NCBI GenBank assembly: GCA_028819235.1
Contig: JAPPMC010000080.1
Span: 1,412-65,411, forward strand
Length of the DNA stretch: 64,000 bases
Reading direction: 5' to 3'
Source: Bryobacterales bacterium
GTDB lineage: Bacteria > Acidobacteriota > Terriglobia > Bryobacterales > UBA6623
Positions 27,294 through 35,218 of this stretch are shown here, one piece after another. The translations under genes were made by a program, and so were the position numbers. The stretch's first letter is position 1. The number at the start of each line of letters is the position of its first letter. The notes under the pieces were generated by a model. It was not told the DNA's origin. It ran no database searches and saw only the letters and a list, made by a program, of their open reading frames with translations.

Positions 27294-27318
27294 CAGGTCG
27301 TGTCGCAGTCACCACTTG
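27294..27318 (+). other. Hairpin 16 nt downstream of the in-frame TGA (9 pairs, 1 mismatch, 7-nt loop UCGCAGU)
   Basis: Folded by hand. CAGGU(C)GUG pairs with CAC(C)ACUUG, including one G-U wobble pair. The position is compatible with a bacterial SECIS-like element, but this is not diagnostic. Confidence 0.3.
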
Positions 27319-29309
27319 AGGCACAAGGCTCGAAGAGCTATGCGGACGCCTGGAGGGCGATCAACATCCTGATCCGCTCGGACGGGACCTGGAGCGGGAG
27401 AGAGCGCAACCTGTGCTTCCGCAACCGGGGCGACGGAACTTTCGAGGACATCTCCTACACTAGCGGGCTGGATCTGGACGCCGACGGCCGCGCGTTCGTC
27501 GCCCTCGATCTCGACGCCGACGGGGATCAGGACCTTCTGGTCAAGAACCGCAACGGAGTACAGCTCCGGGCATTCCGAAACGACTTCGCTCCAGACCGAG
27601 CGCGGCACCTGGCCGTCCGCCTCTCCGGGCGCACCAGCAACCGGGACGGCGTGGGCGCGCGCGTGTGGCTGGACACATCGCGTCGAACACTGATGCGGGA
27701 GATCGTGTCCGGCAGCGGCTACCTCTCCCAGAGGTCCCGCGAGGCGCGCTTCGGACTGCCGGGCGACGAGCGGGTCGAACGAGTCCGTGTGCGTTGGCCC
27801 CTAGGCCTGCTCCAAGAGGTCGAGGCCCCGCCGCAGGAGGGCGGGCTGGTGCTGGTCGAGGGCCAGGAGGGCTTCCGAAGGCTGCCGCTACCTGTCAAGC
27901 GGGGCCCGACGGGGGAGCCGCCCGCACCGCCAGAGCCGCTGCGGGAACCTGGCACGTGGCTCGCCGACCCGCTTTCCGCACCCGAATTCAGCCTTCAGCA
28001 GGCCGGACAGCCCGGGACCTCAGTGCGGCTCTCGGATCACCGGGGAGGCGCGGTCGTGCTCAACTTTTGGGCGACCTGGTGCCCCCCTTGCAGGAAAGAG
28101 CTGCGCGGGTTTCAGCAGCGGCTCGACGAGATCAGCCGCCTGGCCACCGTTCTCGCGGTGTCGGTCGATGAGCCGGAGGCCGAGCCGGCCGTCCGCCAGC
28201 TGGCAAAGTCGGAGAGCTTAGCGTTCTCGGTGCTGCTGGCAGACCCGCAGACTGCCGAATCCTACAGCGTGCTGAACGAGCGGCTCTTCGACCGTCGGCG
28301 GGCTCTGGCCATACCCACGACATTCCTCATTGATGCCGCGGGCCGAATCCGCAAGGTCTACCGTGGCGAGGTCGAGGCGGACGCTCTCCTCAGGGATCTG
28401 GCCGCCGGTCAGGGCCAGTCCCTGCCATTCGCTGGGCGGTGGATCGAGCAGGCGCCTGCCCGCGACCTCACGGAGCTCGCCTCGGCGTACGCGGAGAGAG
28501 GGCTCGCATCCGCCGCACGGGAGGTGTTCGACGAGGCGCTGGCAAGGGGCGAGCGGAGCCCGCAACTGTTGAACAATGTCGCAGGCGCCGCGATCTCGGA
28601 GGGGGACACAGCACGTGCGGAGCGACTGCTGCGGGAAGCCCTGAAGGCCGACCCAAGACAGACCGACGCGATGGTCAACCTAGCCGGCCTCCTGGTGCAG
28701 CGAGGCGAGACGGCTGAGGCCTCCGACCTCCTAGAGCGGGCGGTGGCCTTGCAGCCGCGGGACGCACAAGCGCTGTCGGCGCTGGGGAATGTGCGCTTCT
28801 TGGACGGGCAGCTGGCAGATGCCGAGGACCTCTTCCGGCGAGCAGTCCAGTCCGCTCCGGACGACGCGAGGATGCGCGAGAACCTTGGGGCAGCCCTGGC
28901 CTCGCAAGGGCGGCTCGAGGATGCCCTGCAGGAATATCGCTCTGCCGCTTCGCTCGGCGCGCAGGGCGTCTCGCTGCACTCGAACCTTGGCGTTCTGCTG
29001 ATGCGGACGGGCCGCGTCCGCGAGGCCCTAGAGTCATTCCGCAAAGCCGTGCAGGCCGGTCCCGAGGATCCCGGTGCACGCCTGAACCTTGCGCAGTACT
29101 GGCTGCAGGCCGGCGACATCGGGCGTGCCTTGGCCGCGATCGAGCAGGCGGAGCGACTCGCACCGGAGAGTTCCGCTCCGCTGCTGCTCAGAGCACGCGC
29201 CCTCGCGCTCTCGGGGCGCCGGGAAGAAGCGCTGGACGCAGCCCGTGAGGCGCTGCGACGGTTCCCGGAGTCCGTGGAGGCAGCGCAATTGGTCGAGGCC
29301 CTGCGATAG
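27300..29309 (+). CDS. C-terminal continuation of the CRTAC1-type protein: ASPIC/UnbV-like region + TlpA-like thioredoxin domain (WCPPC) + TPR repeats
   Basis: Same frame as 25620..27278. The sequence is open from 27279 (SFFWRQVV...). UnbV-like GVGARVWL...SGSGYLSQ, then the redoxin motif NFWATWCPPC (28077-28091), then C-terminal TPR-like repeats. Confidence 0.7.
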   Translation: MSQSPLEAQGSKSYADAWRAINILIRSDGTWSGRERNLCFRNRGDGTFEDISYTSGLDLDADGRAFVALDLDADGDQDLLVKNRNGVQLRAFRNDFAPDRARHLAVRLSGRTSNRDGVGARVWLDTSRRTLMREIVSGSGYLSQRSREARFGLPGDERVERVRVRWPLGLLQEVEAPPQEGGLVLVEGQEGFRRLPLPVKRGPTGEPPAPPEPLREPGTWLADPLSAPEFSLQQAGQPGTSVRLSDHRGGAVVLNFWATWCPPCRKELRGFQQRLDEISRLATVLAVSVDEPEAEPAVRQLAKSESLAFSVLLADPQTAESYSVLNERLFDRRRALAIPTTFLIDAAGRIRKVYRGEVEADALLRDLAAGQGQSLPFAGRWIEQAPARDLTELASAYAERGLASAAREVFDEALARGERSPQLLNNVAGAAISEGDTARAERLLREALKADPRQTDAMVNLAGLLVQRGETAEASDLLERAVALQPRDAQALSALGNVRFLDGQLADAEDLFRRAVQSAPDDARMRENLGAALASQGRLEDALQEYRSAASLGAQGVSLHSNLGVLLMRTGRVREALESFRKAVQAGPEDPGARLNLAQYWLQAGDIGRALAAIEQAERLAPESSAPLLLRARALALSGRREEALDAAREALRRFPESVEAAQLVEALR

Positions 29310-29350
29310 CCGACCCGGCTGCATCGCCGATACTGGTCAACGAGGGTTGA

Positions 29351-30070
29351 ATGCGACACCGATACTTGACGGCCACCCGCCTGCTGCCCGCAGCAATCGT
29401 GTGCGCCTCCGCCATCCTCATCGGCGGCTGCAGCGCGCCGGATGCAGGAACGGGCACGCCCGGCGTCGGCGAGTTCACCGAGACCGTCGGTAGCGAGGCG
29501 GAGCCCGCCGGAGCCGATCCCCGGCCGGTTCTGGTCGCCTTCGGGGACAGCCTGACGGCTGGCCGGCGAGGCCCGCGGGACAGCTCCTACCCCGGATTCC
29601 TGCAGGCGGAGTTTGACCGCCGCGGCCGCCCGCTCAGAGTGGTGAACGAAGGCGTCAGCGGCGATACCACGGCCGTCGCCCTGGCGCGCATCGATGTCGC
29701 GCTGGCCCACGACCCGAAGTGGGCGATCGTCGCCCTCGGGGCGAACGACGGCATGCGAGGCCTGCCTATCGGCGCAATGGAGCGCAACCTGCGAGAGATC
29801 GTCTCTCGTTTCCAGGCGCACGGGGCCAACGTCGTGCTGGCGGGCATGAAGCTTCCGCGAAACTACGGACCTGAGTTCGTGCAGGCCTTCGACGGGGTAT
29901 TCCCGAGGCTTGCAGCGGACATGGAGCTCCACTTCATTCCGTTCCTGCTCGAGAACGTCGCGATGGTTCGAGAGCTGAACCACTCCGACGGCATCCACCC
30001 CAACGCCGAGGGCAACGCGCTGATCGCCAAGCAGGTAGCGGACGCGTTCGATGCCTTTGCGCCGCTTTGA
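29351..30070 (+). CDS. SGNH/GDSL hydrolase (TesA/arylesterase-like)
   Basis: 239 aa. Signal/lipoprotein-like N-terminus, block I VAFGDSLTAG, block III GANDG, block V DGIHPN. Confidence 0.8.
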   Translation: MRHRYLTATRLLPAAIVCASAILIGGCSAPDAGTGTPGVGEFTETVGSEAEPAGADPRPVLVAFGDSLTAGRRGPRDSSYPGFLQAEFDRRGRPLRVVNEGVSGDTTAVALARIDVALAHDPKWAIVALGANDGMRGLPIGAMERNLREIVSRFQAHGANVVLAGMKLPRNYGPEFVQAFDGVFPRLAADMELHFIPFLLENVAMVRELNHSDGIHPNAEGNALIAKQVADAFDAFAPL

Positions 30071-30076
30071 AGCGGC

Positions 30077-30451
30077 CTAGGCCTGGCGATTGATCAGGAA
30101 CGTGGCCGCGTTCTCGCAGAATCGCATCAGCTGCTCCGCTGCCCCGGCGGGAATCCCGGACTGCTCCACCGCGGTGGCCATCAGCTCCACCCAGCGGTCG
30201 CGGGCCCGGCGGTCGATCGGGAAGGGCATGTGCCGCATGCGCAGCCTGGGATGCCCGCGCCGCAGGATATAACGGGGAGGCCCCCCGAAACGGCCGACCA
30301 AGAAGTCCCGCAGACGGACGCGGGCGTCCTCTAGCTGGCCCGGAGGATACATCGGGCCGAGGATCTCGTCGTCGGGAACCTGCGAATAGAACGCCTTGGT
30401 CACCTCGTTGAAGCCTTCCTCGCCGATGGCCTCATAGAGGCTGATCTCCAT
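30077..30451 (-). CDS. glbO: Group II truncated hemoglobin (trHbO)
   Basis: I set the start at ATG 30451 (MEISLYEAIGEEGF). RGHPRLRMRHMPFPI and the overall colinearity match the GlbO family. The longer ORF to 30682 is an Arg/Ser-rich extension. Confidence 0.8.
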   Translation of the reverse strand: MEISLYEAIGEEGFNEVTKAFYSQVPDDEILGPMYPPGQLEDARVRLRDFLVGRFGGPPRYILRRGHPRLRMRHMPFPIDRRARDRWVELMATAVEQSGIPAGAAEQLMRFCENAATFLINRQA

Positions 30452-30551
30452 GCCCTCATTGTGCCCCGAGGTCGGAACCGGGCGCGCAATCCCAGGAATG
30501 GAGCGTTCCCGGGGCAGGCTCCCCGCGCACGCGGTGCTATGATTCGTCTCG

Positions 30552-31202
30552 ATGATGCGCCTTTGGCGGCTTTCCCTGATCTTGGCCTCACTCGCCGTCG
30601 CTGTGCCCAGCGGAGCGCAGGAGGAGGGATTCCGACCGCTGTTCGACGGCGAGTCCCTAGACGGGTGGGTGCTGATCGCCAAGCGCGGCGAGGGCTACGC
30701 GGTCAGGGACGGCGCGATATCGTGCTCCCGCGGAAACGGCGGGAACCTGATGAGTGCCGCCGAGTACCAAGATTTCGTGCTGCGATTCGAGTTCAAGCTC
30801 GATTCCGGCTCGAACAACGGCCTGTGCATCCGCTGCCCGCTGGGATGGGGCGACATGGCGTACATCGGGAACGAGCTGCAGATCATCGACAATTCCGCCG
30901 AGCGCTACAAGGCCATCAAGCCATGGCAGAAGCACGGGTCGCTGTACAACGTCGCTCCGGCGAAGACCGGCGCGCTCAAGCCTGTGGGGGAGTGGAACAC
31001 GCAAGAGGTCACCGCCTCCGGTCCCAGAATCCGGGTCGTGCTCAACGGCACGGAGATCCTGTCCGTGGACACCCGGGACATCACGGACGCCGAAACGCTC
31101 GCCAAGCATCCCGGCCTCAAGCGGAAGAGCGGGCACATCGGCTTCCTCGGTCACAACGAGCCGATCGAGTTCCGCAACATCCGCATCAAGGAACTGCCAT
31201 GA
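30552..31202 (+). CDS. DUF1080 (3-keto-disaccharide hydrolase-like, concanavalin-fold) secreted protein
   Basis: 216 aa with a signal peptide. FRPLFDGESLDGW near the N-terminus and GHIGFLGHNEPIEFRNIRIKEL at the C-terminus are typical of DUF1080. Confidence 0.75.
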   Translation: MMRLWRLSLILASLAVAVPSGAQEEGFRPLFDGESLDGWVLIAKRGEGYAVRDGAISCSRGNGGNLMSAAEYQDFVLRFEFKLDSGSNNGLCIRCPLGWGDMAYIGNELQIIDNSAERYKAIKPWQKHGSLYNVAPAKTGALKPVGEWNTQEVTASGPRIRVVLNGTEILSVDTRDITDAETLAKHPGLKRKSGHIGFLGHNEPIEFRNIRIKELP

Positions 31203-32509
31203 GCCGAGAACGGGCCAGCCTGCCTGCGCAGGCGGCGAAGTGGAGGGACCTGCCCGTGTTTGAGCTGTTCCGGCGCAACCGCCGCTCATTCCTGAGGAAC
31301 GTTTTGGGCCCGTCTGCCGTAGGCGCAGCGGTCTCAGGCAGGCTCTCGGCCGCAACTTCAAAGAAAAAAAAGGCGCGCTCCCCGGTGGCCCGCGATGTGC
31401 TCGGAGAGTTGGGCGTACGCACGTTCATCAATGCGGCCGGTACGTACACCCGGCTGACGGCCTCAAGAATGCCGCCCGAGGTCCTCAGCGCGATGCAGTC
31501 CGCATCGACGCGTTATGTCGACCTCCAGGAACTGCACGAGAAGGCCGGCGAGCGGATCGCCGAGATGCTGGAATGCGAGGCGGCGCTGGTCACTGCCGGC
31601 TGCGCGTCGGCGCTGACGCTGGGAACGGCCGCCTGCGTCGCCGGTGCCTCAGAGGAGAACATCCGGCGCCTGCCGGACACGACCGGCATGAAGGACGAGG
31701 TGGTCGTGCAGAAGGCACACCGCAACGCCTACGACCACGCGGTCCGCAACTGCGGCGTGCGCCTCGTCGAGGTTGAGTCGGCCCGTGACCTCGAGGCCGC
31801 GATCAGCGAGCGGACCGCGATGCTCTTCTTCCTCAACAACAAGCAGGGCGCAGGCCAAGTCGGCCACGAGGAGTTCGTGCGCATCGGGAAGCGTCACTCA
31901 GTGCCGACGATGAATGACGCCGCCGCGGACCTTCCGCCGGTCGAGAACCTGTTCCGATTCACCAAGATGGGCTACGACCTAGTCGCGTTCTCCGGGGGCA
32001 AGGGCTTGCTGGGGCCGCAGTCCGCCGGGCTGCTGTTGGGCCGCAAGGACCTGATCGAGGCTGCGAGGCTGAACAACAGCCCGCATTCCGACAGCGTGGG
32101 GCGCACCAATAAGGTCAATAAGGAAGAGGTCGTCGGCATGCTGGTCGCCCTAACGCTGTTCCTTGAGCGCGACCACGACCAGTATTGGAAGGAGTGGGGC
32201 CGCCGTTGCCGTCGGATCGCGGGAGTGGTGGACGGTCTGCGAAGCGTTGAGACGGAGGTGTTCGTGCCCGAAGTCGCGAATGCTGTGCCACACCTGCGGA
32301 TCCGCTGGGACTACGAACGGGCCGGCCTGGATCCAAAAGGCGCGGCCGAGCGGCTGCGCGAGGGAGAGCCGAGCATCGAAGTCCGGCCTGGCTCTGACGA
32401 CGGTCTCGTGATCGGCGTGTGGATGATGGCTGCCGGAGAGGAGCGGATCGTGGGTCGGAGGCTACGCGCCGTGCTCACCGAGGCCTTGGACTCCGCCGCC
32501 CGCGCCTGA
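31199..32509 (+). CDS. SelA-like / DgaE-like PLP-dependent enzyme with twin-arginine (Tat) signal
   Basis: ATGA overlap with the DUF1080 gene. Tat motif NRRSFLRN plus a hydrophobic stretch. The body (INAAGTYTRL...ALVTAGCASALTLG...FSGGKGLLGPQSAGLL) resembles the L-seryl-tRNA selenium transferase-like fold family. The 682-aa ORF from 30461 is an artefactual extension. Confidence 0.65.
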   Translation: MSRERASLPAQAAKWRDLPVFELFRRNRRSFLRNVLGPSAVGAAVSGRLSAATSKKKKARSPVARDVLGELGVRTFINAAGTYTRLTASRMPPEVLSAMQSASTRYVDLQELHEKAGERIAEMLECEAALVTAGCASALTLGTAACVAGASEENIRRLPDTTGMKDEVVVQKAHRNAYDHAVRNCGVRLVEVESARDLEAAISERTAMLFFLNNKQGAGQVGHEEFVRIGKRHSVPTMNDAAADLPPVENLFRFTKMGYDLVAFSGGKGLLGPQSAGLLLGRKDLIEAARLNNSPHSDSVGRTNKVNKEEVVGMLVALTLFLERDHDQYWKEWGRRCRRIAGVVDGLRSVETEVFVPEVANAVPHLRIRWDYERAGLDPKGAAERLREGEPSIEVRPGSDDGLVIGVWMMAAGEERIVGRRLRAVLTEALDSAARA

Positions 32510-32529
32510 CCGCCATTCGTCGGTCGCCC

Positions 32530-33831
32530 TTAGGCAAGCAGCGCGAACCGCGCCAAGAAGAGGGCCGCTAGGCCCCGGACGGGCCACGGCACATCACTCC
32601 CCCGCCCACGCAGCAGTCTCAGGGCCACGAAGCAGATCGTGCCCATCGCCAGCCCGTCGGCGATGCTGAACATCAGCGGAATGCCGGCCATCGTGAAAAG
32701 CGCAGATACGGCGATGTCAGTATCGTCCCAGTCGATCTCGCGCGCCAAGCCGACCGTGCTGGCCCCAACGATCACGAGCGGCGCCGCGACAGCGGCCGAG
32801 GGAATCACGGCCACCAGCGGCGCCAACGGCAGCGCCAGCAGGAACAGCGCCCCGGTTACCACCGCTGTCAGGCCCGTGCGACCGCCGGCCTCGATTCCAG
32901 TGGCACTCTCTATATAGGTCGTCAGAGTCGAGGTTCCCAGCAGGGAACCGGCCACGGTTGCGCCGGCGTCCACGCACATCACTCGCTCGAGTCCGGGCAT
33001 CCTCCCATCAGGGCGGGCCAGCCCGGCCTTGCGGATCAGGGCGATCACCGTACCCAGCGAATCGAACACATCGACGAAGAGGAGGGCGAAGACTACGTCG
33101 AGCATCTCCGGAGCGAAGGCGCCCGCCAAGTCGAGCTGCATCACGGCGCCCAATGATCCGGCGTCCGGGCGGCCCGCCTCGCCTGCCAGCCCGAGAGGAA
33201 TCGAGAGGATGGTCGCGCCCACGATCGCCAGAAGGATTCCCGCGCGGACTCCGCGGGCCAGCAGAGTCGCACATGCCAGCAGTGTCCCGACGGCCAGCAG
33301 TGTGCCCGGATCGGAGAAATCGCCCCTGGTTACGAGCGTTGTCTCATGCCCCTGCACCAAGCCTGCGTTCCTGAGTCCGATCAACACCAGAAACATGCCG
33401 ATGCCCGCACCGATCGCCGGCAGCAGCGGCGCGGGCATCATCCGGAGCAGGATCTGCCGCACGCCCAGCAGAGACAGGACGAAGAAGGCTACGCCGGCCA
33501 AGAAAACCAAGCCGAGCGCCCGCTGCCACGGCACGCCAAGCCCCAGCACGACCGAGTAGGCAAAATAGGCGTTGAGCCCCATACCCGGGGCCACGGCCAG
33601 CGGCATGCGTGCCCAAAGGCCCATGACGACCGTTCCGAGGCCAGCCGCAAGACACGTCGCAAAGGCGGCCGCTGCGGGAGGGACGCCGGCGTCGCCCAGA
33701 ATCGCCGGGTTCACCGCAATGATGTAGCTCATTGCGAGGAAGGTGGTACACCCGGCGAGGACCTCCCGGCCAACTGTGCTGCCCCGGCGCGAAACTCCGA
33801 AGCCGCGATCCAGCGCCGACCTCAGCGACAT
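32530..33831 (-). CDS. NCS2-family purine (adenine/guanine/hypoxanthine) permease, AzgA-like
   Basis: 433 aa with about 12-13 TM segments. N-terminal EVLAGCTTFLAMSYIIAVNPAIL is typical of AzgA/PbuG-type permeases. Confidence 0.85.
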   Translation of the reverse strand: MSLRSALDRGFGVSRRGSTVGREVLAGCTTFLAMSYIIAVNPAILGDAGVPPAAAAFATCLAAGLGTVVMGLWARMPLAVAPGMGLNAYFAYSVVLGLGVPWQRALGLVFLAGVAFFVLSLLGVRQILLRMMPAPLLPAIGAGIGMFLVLIGLRNAGLVQGHETTLVTRGDFSDPGTLLAVGTLLACATLLARGVRAGILLAIVGATILSIPLGLAGEAGRPDAGSLGAVMQLDLAGAFAPEMLDVVFALLFVDVFDSLGTVIALIRKAGLARPDGRMPGLERVMCVDAGATVAGSLLGTSTLTTYIESATGIEAGGRTGLTAVVTGALFLLALPLAPLVAVIPSAAVAAPLVIVGASTVGLAREIDWDDTDIAVSALFTMAGIPLMFSIADGLAMGTICFVALRLLRGRGSDVPWPVRGLAALFLARFALLA

Positions 33832-34058
33832 TCCCGCCTCACTCTCTCAGAGCCAACCCAGGTGCCGAAGCGATTCCCGACCGGCAGGACGGATGTGCGA
33901 TGCACCGAGGCTGGGAAGACCGCTCTTTGGCGTCTCGGGCGCCGCTGGCAAGCCATGCCCGGTTCTCGGACCAAGTAGAAACGATGGGATAGCCATGGCA
34001 GGCGCGAACGGACTCTCATTTGCGATCGGAACGCCCAACCGAAGTCGGGGAGCTTCGG

Positions 34059-35093
34059 CTAGGGCGCCGGGGTCTCTTCGGGCATCGACGTCTCTTCGGG
34101 CACAGGATCGGGCGGCGGCCGCTTGACCGCGGTGTATACCTCGGTCACGTCCAGCGAGTTGGTGAACGTATCCGTTCCCGGCGGCTGTCTGGGCGTGTGC
34201 TCGTACCGCATTTCCACGGTCCGGCTGGTGACAAGCGCGCCACTGGTCTCGACCGTTGTCTCCTCCATGCCGGAGACAGCTGCGGAGGCATGGGCGGTGG
34301 GCAGATCCTCCTCCAAGTCTTCGCTAAGGTCAAGCAGGTCATCCTCCGTCACGGTGTCGACCCCTTCGGCCAACGCCTCAGCGTCGCTCGAGTGCACCCG
34401 CTTCACCGTGAGGGTTCCCTCTTCCTCATCCTGTGTGATCGTGGTCAGTGTGTACACGGGCATGGAGCCTCCCGACGGCAGCATCTGCGAAGCGGCCGAC
34501 GCTTCGTTCTCCACCAGCGTGACCGACGCCCCAATGTAGGGCCCGTGAACCTCGCTGTAGCGGCGGGCGTCCTGCTGGCGGAGCGCGTCGTGGTTCAGCA
34601 GCGCGTCAAGCGTCCCGGCAAGCTTGTCCGGGAAGATCGAGGCAATGGCGGCGGTAAGCCCCTCGTGCCCCGTGATGGCTGTGAGGCTGCCGTCCGAAGC
34701 AACCTCGTAGACAAGCTCCAGCCCCGCAAGGGCCGGGAAGAGCGGGCTGGGGATGGCGTTGCCGTTCCTCGAGAGAGACTCGGAGACAATCGTCATGCGG
34801 TTCATGTAGCCGTCCTCGTCCTCGTCCTCACCCTCGCTCTCCGCGATCACCAGTTCGCTCGCTCGCTCACGCACGTCGGTCACGGGATCGGCGTCTCCGA
34901 CCGTGCTGATGCGAGTGGTCCGCTCAGTGATGTCGTACACTGCGCCATCCTCGGGCGCGTACTCCACTTCGACCGTCGTGGGCTCCTCTGGGGCGGGAGT
35001 CTCGTCCGTGCCCACAGTCTGGCCCTGCGCCAACCCGGCCAGCAAAAAGGCCGCGCCAAGGGCGGGAATCAGGAGAGATCGTCGCATCTTCAT
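34059..35093 (-). CDS. Hypothetical secreted acidic protein
   Basis: Start at ATG 35093 (MKMRRSLLIPALGAAFLLAGLAQG signal peptide). Asp/Glu/Thr-rich. I recognise no family. Confidence 0.5.
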   Translation of the reverse strand: MKMRRSLLIPALGAAFLLAGLAQGQTVGTDETPAPEEPTTVEVEYAPEDGAVYDITERTTRISTVGDADPVTDVRERASELVIAESEGEDEDEDGYMNRMTIVSESLSRNGNAIPSPLFPALAGLELVYEVASDGSLTAITGHEGLTAAIASIFPDKLAGTLDALLNHDALRQQDARRYSEVHGPYIGASVTLVENEASAASQMLPSGGSMPVYTLTTITQDEEEGTLTVKRVHSSDAEALAEGVDTVTEDDLLDLSEDLEEDLPTAHASAAVSGMEETTVETSGALVTSRTVEMRYEHTPRQPPGTDTFTNSLDVTEVYTAVKRPPPDPVPEETSMPEETPAP

Positions 35094-35218
35094 GAGATCG
35101 TCCACCTCGCTCGAATGGAGAGTCCGCTCCGGCACGGGATGGCCCGCGAGCGGGGCTCCGCAAAGCCGACGCACAGCCGGATTGTCAGTCGTTCGCCCAC
35201 AGGACCGGCGTTCATTGA

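Noticed and set aside
28409-29998. 529-aa minus-strand ORF across the TPR region and the SGNH hydrolase gene
   Set aside because: Ser/Arg/Ala-rich with no motifs. It is antisense to two well-supported genes. The same reasoning applies to 9103..10233(-), 55180..56190(-), 56699..57766(-), 49224..50291(+), 34020..35453(+), 35756..36697(+), 39689..40978(+) and 61987..63039(+).
30461-32509. 682-aa ORF taken at face value as one gene
   Set aside because: Its first ~245 codons overlap the DUF1080 gene in another frame and are Arg-rich nonsense. The real gene starts at ATG 31199 (ATGA overlap, Tat signal). I likewise trimmed N-terminal extensions of 19725..21236, 30077..30682, 34059..35222, 55192..56157, 12562..15291, 4012..5454 and 48259..48861.
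31199-32509. Taking the SelA-like gene as evidence of selenocysteine machinery supporting the TGA at 27276
   Set aside because: It lacks the SelA N-terminal domain and carries an export signal. It belongs to the broader SelA-like PLP fold, not to bona fide selenocysteine synthase. No selB, selD or tRNA-Sec is in the window.
33931-34010. Possible purine riboswitch in the leader of the purine permease (minus-strand GUUUCUAC, matching the J2/3 core, inside a GCCAUG...CAUGGC stem)
   Set aside because: The enclosed segment is only about 36 nt. The other conserved purine-aptamer elements (UAUAAU junction, the L2/L3 loop sequences, the GACUA junction) are not present. An Infernal scan would settle it.
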